In this document: piece by piece, positions 1 to 13,990 of the stretch
Numbering within the stretch: the stretch's first letter is position 1
Layout of the letters: the number at the start of each line of letters is the position of its first letter
Assembly (NCBI GenBank): GCA_012295275.1
Contig: CM022673.1
Coordinates: 26,784,001-26,848,000 of the forward strand
Direction of reading: 5' to 3'
DNA: 64,000 bases
From: Chrysomallon squamiferum
Taxonomy: Eukaryota; Animalia; Mollusca
Translations under genes and position numbers: made by a program
The notes under the pieces: generated by a model
The model's input: the letters and a program-made list of their open reading frames with translations, nothing else
Told to the model about the DNA's origin: nothing
Databases searched by the model: none

Positions 1-301
1 AAGTTTGTGAAGTTTTTGGTCCTTCAAGGGTCTGAGTGTGACTAAATCAATTGAGAGAGAACAAAAATTTATTCTTTTTCCCCCTGCAAGTGGAAAAATC
101 AATTAGATCAATGAGCATTTGTGAGAAAACATACACCAAGTGTTCGTTGTTGAGTTGTTTTTAATATCGCTGTGCCAATAGATTGAATTTCATATTTCAC
201 CTTCTCGTTCAGTGATGACCAGTTTGTTTTTCATGTTTTTGTTTTTATTGTTAATATTCTTTTTTTTTTTTATTGTTATTTTATATTTTTATTTGTTTGT
301 T

Positions 302-344
<43 letters not shown>

Positions 345-3300
345 TTTTTTTATTTTTTTTTTTTTTAATGTATTCTAATTTTATTAATTCATTTAATTAT
401 TTATTTATTCATTTATTTATTTATTTTTTTATTTTTTTATTATTTTTATTACTATTTTGTTATTTTGCTTTATTTTATGTTTAACATTTTAAAATCTTAT
501 TGCTTTTATTTTTTTAATTTTCAGTTTTCTGATTTATCATTATTTTCTTTATTAAACATGTATACACAATTCTATTTATTTTAAAATTGTATATTTTCTT
601 TGCTTATTTATTATTTTTTATTTGAATTTTATTTTTCTGTTTTAGTTTTAATGGTTATTCTTCTATAGCAAAAATATTACTTTTAAAAGGCTCCTGTTAT
701 AAATTATAAAACAGTATCTCTATTTTTATAATGTTATAACTTTCATTTAAAACAAGTATTAAAATGTTTTCTCCCAAAAGACAGAATTGATGTTTGGGTA
801 TATGGGGACAGGTTTATACTTACCTCAAATATACATCAATTTAAGCATTAGTATTTCATGTTTAAATTACCTTTCATATATGCACGTACACCCACATATA
901 AACATAATTTGTTATGTATTTAAGAGTTAGAATGTGTAGATTCTGTGCTTACAGATGCATCTACCCACTCATGTAATAACACATACACATAGACATACAC
1001 ATGCACATACACATACACATACAGTGTGATGTGCAAGCCAACATTCTGTTCAACAATATAAATCCTTTGATTAAAAAAAAAAATCATTATATTCTTATTT
1101 TAGCTATTCTCAGTTCAAAGGGAGTGATATAATTTTATTGTCGACCAATCTGTTTTATTGTGTGTGTCATAATTACTGTTTCTTCAAAAGAAAATGATTA
1201 ACCTATAAACTTACTATAAAGCAGTGAATTGAATGATAAAAAAAAATATCTGATTATCAAGCCAGATATTTACAGTATTATTTTTTTTCAACATTACATG
1301 AAACAAATATTATATTGACCAAAGACTTTTCCCCCCACAAAAAAAAAGGAAATTAAAATATATTTAATGCAGGTAAATAAAAAAAAAAAATTAAAATCTA
1401 ATCGTGTTATTTTGTTGCTATGTTGCTGTCAGTGATTCTTTTGTTGAAGTTGCCTAAAATAAGTGTCCTGTCATCTAATAATGAGTGAAACGATTTTCAT
1501 ACAGGGACAAAAAAAATGCTGTGATTTTTGTATTCTTTGAAAAGCCTGAGATTTGACAAGTTCATAATATCTGAACCATTTATTATTTCATTTCTGCATC
1601 TATACCGGTGTGTTGCCTGGAAATGATTGATCACATTTCTGTGAAATATAAATAGCTCCATCCAAGCATGCACTGCAAATTACCATGTGATAAGCCTGGG
1701 CCCATTGTTAACTCCCGAGTGCCATAATATACCTTCTTTTAATACTGACCATCTGGAAAAATACTTTCCTGACATTTGTGAGAAAGAGCAAACGCTAACA
1801 TGTGTTGTTTTTCGATAACTCGGTGTTTATTCCAGAGAGATCCTTTCCTTACCTTGCTGCATGACAGAGGTTATCAGTGTCCGATTTCATTAAAAAATCT
1901 TGTAACCATTGTTCAAACAACGGTTTTGTTTGTTGCAGGCCGGTATTGGAAATCAATGCAGATATTCATTGCAGATGGAATTAAAAAAAAAAAAAATTTA
2001 AAAAAAGACTACGATAATGAATAAGAATGTATAAACATTTAATTATTAATTTTTTTAAATAATCCGAATAAAACTAATTAAAGGCATTCAGCCGTTACAA
2101 AGAATGGGATGTACGTGTTATTGTATACTTGTATATTATTTCTCTTCCACAAAAGAAAATTCATTATTAAAAACAGCATCAATAACAACAATAATTAGTT
2201 CTTCGTCTTTTTCCTTTCTTGTTTATGAAATTCATCTTTTTCTTGTATGATCCAGACGTTTTAATAAAAGCTGAAGATTTATTTCAGAAAGAAATAATTA
2301 CAGAGCTAATATTTAAAAGTCTGTTTTAAATACATATTTACCAAAACCATGAAATGTGTATATATTTTTAAAATGTGCTTTAAACAAATAATTTGTTTTC
2401 TGTTGTCTAAACCAGTGTTTTTCAATCTTTTTTGTCACAAATATGTGCTAAAAAAACTGTTAGCCCCATCATGACATATATGTAACAATATTGCATGAGT
2501 AAACTGTATTTTCAAAAGTACTTTTAATTTTATTTTAAAGGAACACTACAGAAAAAATAAATAAGGTGCCATTTTTTCCAAATCAGCACAGTGTCATTTT
2601 TTATGGGTGCCATTTTTTCTGGTACCATTTTTTCCATACCCCACTGGAAACAGTGCAGTACTTTTACTACATGTTTTCAAATGACTTTATTAAATGTGAA
2701 GTTTTTGGTTACAATTCTATGAAGTATCCTTCTTTTGAAATTTGAAAGTGCAAAGCTATGGAAGTGATCGTGTAAACCTTCATTAATTACAAATCCTCAT
2801 TAACATTCTGTCATGCCTCAGCTTGAGAAGCATTGATCTAAATCTTATTAAAAAAAACAGAATTCATTTTATAATTCAAAATTACAAAAGAAAGAAACAA
2901 AAAAATCCCAAAAAGAACAAAACAAGAGTAAACAAAAAACAAAACAAAGAGCAATATAAATAGTTTGTTACACGTAACATGGTTGCATTTGTCCAAAAGC
3001 TATCAGAAGTACCTCACAATATAGAATGATAAATTATTGTTTATGCATTCCTTGCCAACTGGTTTTCATTGTATATGTGTGAAAAATAACATTTACTTAT
3101 CACATGCTCTTTCGATGATACAACACTGCATGAGCTTAACTGGGCAGTTCAGTGTTCCTAGGAGCAGGAAATTTACACGGAAATTAACAAAACAGGCAGT
3201 TATTGTAAAAGATAAATGTGGTTTATGTTTGCCAGATTTCTGAGAGTAAAACATATTCATATCTTAAAATAGTCCAGAAAAATAAATATCATTTAAAAAA

Positions 3301-3416
3301 AACAAAAAACAATCTGCCAACCAAAAACAGCTACTTAAATACAAGTGTTTGATTCTATTCCTGTGCTTGTGTACCTGTATATATATATGACATGCTTGAA
3401 TAAATTCATCTACAGA

Positions 3417-3467
<51 letters not shown>

Positions 3468-4202
3468 CACAACACAACACACACACTAAACACACACACA
3501 CACACACATTCTAATACACAAGAAATTAAATTCAATAAATAGTGCACGAACTCTCTATTCAAGAGAAAATGATATTATTAAGTGTTTCTTCTTTTTTTTC
3601 TTTAATGTTTTTTTTCTTTTTGCTGTCTTCATGCTATAGCTAATCAATGTACGCACTTCATTTAGGAGATGTCCAATTAAAACTGCTGCACAGGTATCCA
3701 ACAGAATTGCAAGACTTGCTATAAATGTTTAATTGCGCAATGATGCATTTAATCACTAACAAGCTGTTTGTTTTATTTCAGATCCCCAGAGACGTTGTTG
3801 AAAGCGTCAGTTAATCAGAGAACTACTATAAAGCAGCAGCGTGGAAGTCGGCTTTAACACACGCAGCTACTCAGTGCTGTTGCTGTTGCTGTTGCCATTT
3901 ACTAACAATTTAACAGATCTGCAGTGATGTTCGTGAACCGGGAGCACAGGCAGATTTTTTGTTTCTTCTGTTGGACATGTTAAAGCAAAGAAAAATCGTT
4001 TACACACCGGACTTACTCATTCAGAACTAATATTAGAATAACATCATCATCGTCAGAATACCACATCCAGTGCTACGTGTGGCCAAGAATTTGTCATCTT
4101 ATTTAAATATGTGATTTTTTTAAAACAAAAACAACCTAAAAAAAAAACAAAACAAACAAAAACAAACAAACAATCATCATTGATCAATTTATTTCCAGTT
4201 CC

Positions 4203-5489
4203 ATGCCCCCATTTCTGCCACCCTTTTCACAGCCGTCGAGTCGAAGCTGCATGAAACCCTTTCCGACAATGTCCGACAACAGCGACAGCGGCAGTGACGA
4301 CAACCGGTCGTCGCGCCACCAGGACAATGGCAAAGACGACGACATCTGCCGCGACTACCTGCGCAACGTCTGCAAGAGGGGTAAACGGTGTCGGTACAGA
4401 CACCCCGAGCCCTCGGAGACGAAGATCCTCGGCAAGAAGCCCGAGTTCACGTTCTGCCACGACTTCCAGAACACCGGCTGTCGCAGGCCCACGTGCCGGT
4501 TCCTGCACTGCACCCGCGAGGAGGAGGACGTCTACAACCAGCTCGGACAGCTGCCGTCGCGCATCCAGCAGGCCGCTGCACTGGGGATCGGGGTTTCCAC
4601 GAGGGACATCCACGTCCTGAAGGGCGAGGTGCCCATCTGCAAGGACTTCATGAAGCGCGAGTGCAAACGCGGCTCCAAGTGCAAGTACCGGCACCTGTCT
4701 GCAGAGCAGTATGAGCTGGAGCGACGGAAGAGCGAAGTGGTCGTCAACAACAACGTCAACAACATCAACAACAACAACAACGGCTCGGCGTTCGCAACGG
4801 CGGCGTACAACAACGACCCTTACGACCGGTTTGACCACCTCGACAGGCTGGACTCCTCGACGACCACCACCAGCACGGCGTCGAAACGGCGCCGCATCGA
4901 CTTCTTCCAGTCGGTTCCGGTGAGCTTCCAGTTCCTGGAGGAGGAGAACGTGCTCCTGAGGCGCAAAGTGGAGGAGCTGAAGAAGAGTGTCTCCGATCTG
5001 ACCGCGACCAATGAGGTGCTGCTCGAGCAGAACGCGCGGTACCGGGTGAGCAAGTCGAATGCCATCGTCGCTGCTGCGGCGGCTGCTGCTGCTGCTGCGC
5101 CCACAATCAGCCACCTGAGTCACGTGAACTCGACCCTGTCGCAGCAGATCGCCCTCAACAGCGAGATGGCAACGCAGCACGCCCTCCAGACCGCCCAGCA
5201 CCTCGCGGCTCGGGGGGAGATGGCCCCTCCACCTCCGCAGCCTCTCAACACGTCCGTGGCGATGAACCCCGCGACGATTGTCGCCGTGACGTTAGCTCAG
5301 ACAATGACTGCGGGATCGTTGACGACGGCGTCGCTGCAGCAGAACCTGCAGCCGGTGTGCAGCCTCACGCAAAGCATCCCACCCAACATGGCTGCGTCCA
5401 CGACGGCGCTCGTGTCCTACCCCATTATGTCGCAAAGTATGAGGTCAGCGATTCCCAGCAGCCTGGCTGCTTCGATGAACAGTATGTAA
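4203..5489 (+). CDS. ZC3H10: Zinc finger CCCH domain-containing protein 10, single coding exon; the true start may be ATG 4269 (MSDNSD...)
   Basis: GC-rich 428-aa ORF. Three C-x7-C-x5-C-x3-H fingers (ICRDYLRNVCKRGKRCRYRHP, FCHDFQNTGCRRPTCRFLH, ICKDFMKRECKRGSKCKYRH), then the coiled coil LEEENVLLRRKVEELKKSVSDLTATNEVLLEQNARYR and C-terminal VSYPIM, all typical of ZC3H10. Acceptor-like tttccag ends at 4198. ATG 4269 has A at -3. Confidence 0.93.
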   Translation: MPPFLPPFSQPSSRSCMKPFPTMSDNSDSGSDDNRSSRHQDNGKDDDICRDYLRNVCKRGKRCRYRHPEPSETKILGKKPEFTFCHDFQNTGCRRPTCRFLHCTREEEDVYNQLGQLPSRIQQAAALGIGVSTRDIHVLKGEVPICKDFMKRECKRGSKCKYRHLSAEQYELERRKSEVVVNNNVNNINNNNNGSAFATAAYNNDPYDRFDHLDRLDSSTTTTSTASKRRRIDFFQSVPVSFQFLEEENVLLRRKVEELKKSVSDLTATNEVLLEQNARYRVSKSNAIVAAAAAAAAAAPTISHLSHVNSTLSQQIALNSEMATQHALQTAQHLAARGEMAPPPPQPLNTSVAMNPATIVAVTLAQTMTAGSLTTASLQQNLQPVCSLTQSIPPNMAASTTALVSYPIMSQSMRSAIPSSLAASMNSM

Positions 5490-5573
5490 ATATAACAAAA
5501 CAAACAAACAAAGAGTAAGTATTTTGTTGCTTTTGAATATCTGCTTTAATCCTTTTTTTTTTTTTTTAAAAAT

Positions 5574-5613
<40 letters not shown>

Positions 5614-6220
5614 TATATATATATTTTTTTTTATATATATTTATATATATTTTTTTTTTTTTTTTTATATATATATATATTTATTTTATATTTTTATATA
5701 TATATATATATATATATTTTTATATTTTTATATATATATATATATTTTTTAAAATATTTTATGTTATAATGGCAAGAAATCTGCGTTAATTAATAATAAC
5801 AATAACAAGATGTGTCGTATATTCTGTTAATATATTTAGATCTGCTTTTTGTGTCTGTTTTTAAGTGTGTTTAACTCACAGGTGTGTGTGTGTGTCTGTG
5901 TGTGTGCATGTGTGATATTGTAAAAAGAGATTTTTTTTTTTTGTTGTATTATTAATTAAAATTATATCAATGGTTATTCCCCTTGCCAAAAATGTACAAG
6001 GGAACAGTTACGGAATGTTTTTGTTTTATTAAATACATAGATTATACTTTGGGAGGCTGAGCTGTTTGATATATTGATCTTTCATCCAAGTATTAAAAGT
6101 CTTGTATCTAGTGACAAGCGGTAATTCTACATGACATTATTAGATCTTCCATCATATTTGTTTAGTCATTATATACCTTGAACTTGTGCTTGTCAGTATA
6201 AATGTATAAATGTATTCACC

Positions 6221-6243
6221 AGTGAGTGAGTGAGTGAGTGAGT

Positions 6244-6330
<87 letters not shown>

Positions 6331-6335
6331 TGTGT
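6221..6335. repeat. Compound (GTGA)n/(GA)n/(GT)n microsatellite, representative of dozens in the window
   Basis: Directly visible simple repeat. Confidence 0.9.
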
Positions 6336-6337
6336 GA

Positions 6338-6624
6338 ATGGTTTGTTTGTGAAGTGAAGTAGAAAAAACAAATATGAGTATATCAAATTTATAAAATGTG
6401 AGTGTAGGTTATTACAAAAGCGTGCGTGTGTGTGAGTGTGTATGTGAACTGATTTGTTTGTAATGTGAAGTAAAGTAGACAAAAAAGATAAGTAAAAATA
6501 CAAAGTGTCAAGAAGTGAAAAGAAGAAAAAAAAAAAACAAAGAAAGAAGATAAGTAAAAATACAAAATACTAGTGTATCACATTTACTAAACATTAGTGA
6601 TTCTAGTGTATTATTTAAAAGTAA

Positions 6625-6660
<36 letters not shown>

Positions 6661-7320
6661 ATGTGTGTGTTTGTGTGCATATGAAATGGTTTGTTTGTAA
6701 AGTGAAATGAACTAGACAAAGAGAAGGCAAGTAAAAACATAAAACGTCAATGTATCAGATTTAAAAAATCAGTAATCTGGTGTATTATAAAAGTGTGTTT
6801 GTTTTTGCATGCATGAAACGGTTTGTTTATAAAGTTAAATGAAGTGGAAAAAGAGAAGTTAAAAAAAAAAACAAAAAATCAAATTTATATAAAACGTCAG
6901 CATCTCTTGTGTATTGTAAGAAGGTTTGGTTTGTGTATGTGGGTATGTGTGGGTGTGCTTGCGTCTGTTCATGCATGAAATGGTTTGTTTATAAAATGAT
7001 GTGATGTATGTAAAGAGATTATAAATACAAATAATGTAATATCAAGTTTATATAATATAATGTAATATATGTAATTCTGGTGTATTCTAAAAGTGTTTAC
7101 ATTTTGTGTGTGTGTGTGTGTGTGCATGTGCATGCGTGCATGAAATAAATTGTTTATAAAATGAAACACAACAAAAAATGAGAAGATAAAGAAAAAAATA
7201 ACAAAATATCACTGTATAAAATTTATAAAAAAAACATGAGTAATGTGTATGTGTGTGTGTGTGTGTGTTTGAAATTAAATATGAAAAATGAGAAAGTAAA
7301 TAAGAATAATAATGTGTATA
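6338..7320. repeat. Degenerate tandem array of ~110-170 bp units
   Basis: Core gtttgtttgt(g/a)aagtgaa...gtaaaaa...tgtatca.attta recurs near 6341, 6452, 6689, 6821, 6982 and 7150, interleaved with (GT)n. Confidence 0.65.
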
Positions 7321-7685
7321 ACATCACCTCATTGAAAAGAACTATTAAAGTTAAATGTGCTTTCAGCATGAGAAAAAAATGTGTATATGTGTCACATATT
7401 TATAATTATATTATTTAGATATACATATATAATTGTTTCTGTTAAACAGTCATTTATATTTAACATTACTGAATATTTGTAGCAGGGCTTCAATATTTAA
7501 TTAAACATTCTTTTAAATGTCCCAAAAATATATATTATAGATGATTTTGGTTTATAATGTTTGAATCTCTGTTATTGTCAGATGATATTGGGTTTTTATT
7601 ATTTTATTTGATTTATTTATTTCTTCTTCTTCTGATTATTATTATTATTATTATTACTATTTATTACTATTACTATTACTATTAC

Positions 7686-7769
<84 letters not shown>

Positions 7770-8288
7770 TTTTATTTATTTACATATATATTTTTTAAAT
7801 TCTTCTTTTTTTAAGGCTTATGCTTAGGTTTTAAATCCCCTGAATAAAACAAAATCACAATGTATCTGTGTGTGGATTTTGCATGTGTGGCATATATTTG
7901 TGTGTGCATGCAGGTGATTGAGTATATGTAAGTTTAGCATTAATTCTGTATATACAGCATCATTGATCAGGTGTTAAAATAAATTTCTGAGATAACTTAG
8001 TTAAATCTTTACAGTTCAGAGGATTCAAGAACATGCAGTTTCTGCTAATTAATGAATTTTTCTTGTGATCAATTACTTTTTTTTTTTTTTTTTTTTCATT
8101 CATGTTAATTTTTTGCCTGTAACAATTTACACAGTTTACTGCATTTTAGTTAAGTACACAAAACTGCAGCTCAATTGTTCATCATTTAGAAAACAAATTT
8201 TTTGTAATCTGAACAGTATAATCAATGATCATTGTAATCTTTAGCTGCCATTTAGCAGTTTTTATGTCTTATTTGGAATTATGATTAT

Positions 8289-8331
<43 letters not shown>

Positions 8332-9051
8332 ATGTTCTTTTTATCAAGCCAGAAGATTTCAGATATTTTTGACAACTGTTGAGAAACAAACACACACATG
8401 CACAGACGCATGCACACTTGCACACACACACGCACACACATATACAATTTGTGTGCATGTTAATATATGTTATGTTTCATTGGCCAGAGGGTTGTGATAA
8501 AATAGAGAAGCATACATTATCAGAATAACAGCTACATCCTACTTCTTGCAGGATAATAAAACAAAAATAATTAAAATGTACCACTGTCTTTACATTTAAC
8601 ATTATTGTGCTCTTCATATACAGTTACACTTAGCCGAGGTTAAATGTTATAAAATTACATCATTACTTTTATTTAATAAAGCAAAGTTGTGGATTGTTAT
8701 TTGGAGACCTCAGACCTCAGCAATGGCCAACACAGAAAAACATAGCCCTTTTGTCGGATAAGTTGTCTTTATCGGATTGTATTGCCGAATTCATACAGAA
8801 TAAAAACTTTTATCTAATTTTGCTGATAGAGGTAAACTTTGTTTCTATTGACCATTTTTATTCAGAGACCTGGTAACACATTAATTTTCTGAATATTGAA
8901 TAATCCTCTAAGATAATAGCAGCCGTTGATTGGTCTAGACTGGGGCATGCTGGGTTGCAGGAACAAACCTCCACAGTAAACATTTACTCATTTACAATCT
9001 GGGCATTGCCTCATAGTGGAAAATGGGTTTTGCCTCTTCATATGTGTATGA

Positions 9052-9086
<35 letters not shown>

Positions 9087-11767
9087 CTCTCACACACACA
9101 CACATACACACACATACACACACACACACACAAATACAAATGTGCCATATAACAGTGGATTAAAAATATGTTGAATTACAACATTTGTTCCTTCACCTCC
9201 TTGTTCATCTGTATCAGTGAATGTGCAATTCTAATGACAGCTTTGATGATATAAAGAAGATTTTTTGGTAATTTTGCATGCACTTAAATGTGTTTCATTT
9301 TGATACGAACACAAATATTTGTTAGCAATAAAGTAATATTTCCTTTAGGACAGATGAAAGTTACCATTTTATCCTTTAGTCCAGTGTTACATAATATTAT
9401 AAAAAAAAATTACCATAAAATAAAATAACAAACAAAATATATTTGAGAAATTAAGTTTAAATACTTCAGAAACATTATAATATTTTTACATAGTATGATG
9501 AGTCAGCTTTCATCTATCCCCCCAAGAACTTGTTATTTTTTTATTTTTACTTTATTATTAGCAAAGCTTGCTTGCCAGTAATTTAAAACATTCACTTGGA
9601 AGCATAGTGAAAAATAATATTTATTCTGTTTCTTCAAACTGCCACAAGGTATGCTATTAATTAATAAATTTTAATTATTACTGACACTTTTGTACTGCAT
9701 CCAGCCTGTTCTGTAGCCTCATCGTACATTATTAAGTAGAATTATTTATTATTACCCACTTGTCACTTTCATTGTGTCACATCTTTTTACTTTGTGGATA
9801 CTGATTGCATTGGTGCCCCGGTCTTGATTACTTCATTAGCCAGTCACATGAACAATTTATTAAGGATATTACATTTTCAGTCTTTATTATCATCATCTTG
9901 ATTACATCTTTTCTGCACTGACTTTCTGTGGTCAGGGTGAGGGGTGTCTTTTTTTTGGGAAGTGTAGCATGAAATAGTTTACTTAGAAAGTATTGTCAGA
10001 ACTGAATCTGTTTATTATTATTTATTATTGTTGTTGTTACTACTGTTATAGTTGGTCATGTTATTATTATTATTATTACTACTGCTACTACTGCTGCTGA
10101 TGCTGCTGTTGTTAAAGTTGGTGGTGTTGTTATTATGATTATAGTCATTGTTTTGTTACTGTTATTGTTGTTACTATTACTATTATTATTATTAAAAAGT
10201 GGGCACAAGCAATTATATTTTATATTATTTTATTTTTTGTACTCTTTGTCTTTGATCTTATATAGTTTAACTTTCTGTTCAGTAATATCTGTGTTCATGT
10301 AATAATGTGTGTGCATTAATTGTGTGCATGTTCTGTGTGCATATATCTGAAAATAATGAACCAGACAAAATCTAACACATACACATGCACACACACATGC
10401 ACACACTGGCTCAAACTAAGGAGAAAAATACTTCATTACAACTGTCACTCTGTCGACAGAAAGGCTTATTACAGTTTAATGTTAGAACTAAAATGCAGCC
10501 AATTCTAATTTCTCATTTGTGGTGATTGGTGACAGACTATAATCAGTGTTAAATCTTGATGTAAACAACGAATGGCTTGGTGTTTTTTTTTATAATGATG
10601 ATTCTTAATTCCCGACATCTTATCTGCATGTCACACATAAATATCAAAGTCTGGATCAGACACAAACTTTTAATACTGATTAGTTTCTCAAAGAACAGAA
10701 GGCTTTTAATATTTGACTTACGAAATGTTAATATTAAGAATTTTGCTAAAGTAATTTTTCCTTCAGTTTTGTTGTTATGCAGGCAGATGTTAAGTTTTTT
10801 CTGTTTTATTTGTAAGTCATTTCTGACCATCATTTGCTCTGGCTAATACTGACAGTTGTTTTTTTTTTTATTTTTTTTGTTTTTGTTTGTTTGGTGTGTG
10901 TGGGGTTTTGTGGGGGTTTTTTGTAAAAGAAAAAGAGAACAACAACACAAAAACATCTTTGTTAACATTAATATTTATGAAGCCTGTCTGTTTACCACAT
11001 TGATTCATTCCAGATGTCGTCCCTTACATTATTTGATTGTTGTTTATTGGGTGGAGAAATTAGACTTCATTTGAATAGTATACTGAGCCAAGCCTAAAGA
11101 AACAAATATATCTGTTTGTATGTTTATGTGTTTTCTGACTCATTGACATTGTTTTGTCTAGATGTGTCCTTTTCTTTTTCTCTGTCTTTCTATCTTTCTC
11201 TCTTTTTCTCATCAAAACACAAACTGATGCTCAAAGATATACACATACCCATTCACAGATACAAAATACATTTTTAACATAGAACAGTGGTTTATGCGAT
11301 TTTCTAAAAGTAAATAAAAGAACATTTCATTTTCCTCTGTTATCATTTTTGATTATGTGTTTTAGCTCTTACTTAATTTTCACTAGAGGTTTTGGTATGT
11401 CTTTCAGAAAATCACAATATTAATATTATTTATACAACAAATAGAAAAAAGGTTAGTTTATATTCCTTTCAAATGGTAGATGTCTTTGCTTAGCTATCAG
11501 AAGAATCATTTAATACAAATCCACACGCACACTTTAATCTGAGAGCTGTTGAGACTTGACTGCCAGTGTTGCACAGTCTCAAAGACTGGTTGCTGGTTCA
11601 CAATAAATTCAGTTATCCTTTCATTTCACTTTTTATAAAAAAAAAAAAAAAACATTTTAAATTTTTTTTTTTTTTTTAAAGTAAAATAAAAAATTTAATT
11701 TGGATATTGCTCTCTGTTGAGTAAACCTGTAGACTGAGTTCTGGTGAGAGTTCACAACTCAAACTCA

Positions 11768-12160
11768 GCGTGTTTGCTTTAAACCGCGTTTTATTATCTC
11801 CTGCGTCACTTGTGTGCGATAATCATCAACAACTCCGCCAGGGACATTTTCAAAACTCGACGCGATTTTACAATCCTCTCGCGCACCAGGGCGAATTGTT
11901 TCAGTTCAAATGGGATTTTCAATCCCCCGAGCTGCCCAAGGGGACTTTGTGTTTGATTGCAGACAGTTTTATAGTCGGTGTAATAATCACCATTCTCCAG
12001 CTTTACGCAATATCCCTCGACGACGGTTTCTCTTGCTGGTTAAGATAATCAGATGGGTGTCAGCCAAACAACAAGTCTTTTACCTCATCAACACTTGATC
12101 ACATCAATTAGTGCTGATTGCACCAGAGACCACAGGATCAAAGCTCGTTTGCGGGAATTA
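11768..12160. promoter_or_regulatory. CpG-rich non-coding island, candidate enhancer
   Basis: Local CpG excess inside a CpG-poor region, no credible ORF, CAGATGG E-box at 12050. Confidence 0.35.
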
Positions 12161-12806
12161 ATAAGATAACTTTATTGTTATTCAGCTTTCAGTGAACCTA
12201 TGTTGCGAATGCGTGTGTTAATATAAATGATGACTTGATTGTTTAAAACAGCGTTCGAGGAGTTTTGAGGTTGTAAACGAATGAATTGGTGTAATGACTT
12301 TATTGTCCTCCAGCTTAAGATGTTAATCTAATAGCATATCAATTAACAATATGACTTTATTATTATTATTATCATTATTCAGCTTTTAGAAATGTGTGTT
12401 GTAGATGCATGAATTAACGTGATATCTTGATTGTAGTTTATCATCCTGTGAATGCGAGTTAAAACTCGCATGGTGACTTCACTGCTTGTAAACAATACAT
12501 AAATTGTGAATTAATAAAGCAAGTTTAAGTTGTAAGTGAATGTGTTAAATTGATGTATGAATTAACACAGCAAATTCATTGTTATTCCACTTTACAACAC
12601 TTTGTCATAAATATAACAGGTGCATGGATTAACACAAAACTTTATTGCTGTTCATTATCTGAGAGGTTTTAGCATTTTATTGAATTAACACTAACTATTG
12701 TTAGGCAACAACTGAACACTTTTAACTATGTATATCAGTCTAAGTGTATCAGTAAATTTAAGTATACCTGGGTAACCACTTCCAAAGAATAAGTATTCAT
12801 AAAATA

Positions 12807-12837
<31 letters not shown>

Positions 12838-13884
12838 TATTATTATTTTTTGATAGTTCTTTATGCCTTATTTTATTTTGATTTTGTCTTTAATTAACAT
12901 TTTAAAAGTAATATATCGTTTAATTCTGTCAAGACTAAGTCAAATTGTGATAGTTTTTTTTCTTTCTACAATTTATTTTGTTATTCCACCAGGCTGGAAT
13001 GGATACAGTTTTGGAATGTATATCTGTTTTATGCATTTTTTACCCCTCTATTAGATTAAACTCGCATCAAGTTTAATGTTCCATTTCTGTTATCTACCTA
13101 ATTTTTTTTCTTCTTCTTCTTTTTTTTTTCCCCCAGAGGCTAAAATCCAGAATTTTTTTTATATATATATATATAATGTTTGGTTGTTTTTTTCATATTT
13201 TTATTTCTTTCTCCCATTTTTTTTTTTTTTTTTGTTAATAAAAAGAACAATCATCATGGCGTTGAAAAGCTGCAAGTAATTTGAAATGCATCAGGGGAGA
13301 AATGCACAATAAATGATGTGCCACACATTATTCAATTAAGTTCCACTTTAAAACGAGGAACGTCTGAAATTGCAAATTACATGACAGATTTACTAGCTCG
13401 GAAATCAAGTTTTAACTGTGTAAATTAGAATTAGTTATTTTTTTTAAATACATTTTTAAAAAAATAAAAAATAAAATTTTTTTTTTTTTTTTTTTTATAA
13501 ATGTAATGAATAATAGTTATCTAGATAGTGCAAAATCCCAGCAGAGGTTAGTAAAATACAAACACAAATTTCTGTTGTCTTAGTTGAGATCAGTTTCAGT
13601 TGTTGACACAACGATTCCAGTTCTTTTTCTGTATTTATTTAATTTATTTAGAAAAATTACCAAAAAAAAAAAAGAAGAAAAAGAAACACAAATAAAAAGA
13701 AAGATTATAATTTACAAATTCATTTTTCAATGTGTTCTATGCTAAAGTATTGTTTTTCTCTCCAGATGATATTGAGACCCCAGAAACCAAAGAAAAAAAT
13801 GTTTCATTTAATTACAAAAATCACATTTTTAATCTACAGTTATATATATGCCTTTCTTATAATTATTACAAATAATAATCCGTA

Positions 13885-13990
13885 CGTGATACAAACAATG
13901 AGAAAAGAAGCTCTGTACTGTCACTATGGGTTACTCTTTTTGATTAGCAGCAAGAGACTTTTTTTCATGAGCACCTTTTCATGAACGGGA
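13885..13990 (-). mobile_element. Possible degenerate SINE fragment
   Basis: atgggttactctttttgattagcagcaagagactttttttcatgagcacc resembles, from recollection only, the central part of an abundant gastropod SINE. No A/B boxes or TSD seen. Confidence 0.3.

Noticed and set aside
1853-1960. Minus-strand strong donor AAG|GTAAGG with a short open frame
   Set aside because: No matching acceptor and no recognisable protein
2565-2640. Four copies of gtgccattttt-like motif
   Set aside because: Probably the subterminal remnant of a DNA element; too short to classify
4227-5201. 324-aa antisense ORF and other overlapping ORFs in ZC3H10
   Set aside because: Expected shadow of a GC3-rich coding sequence; no recognisable domain
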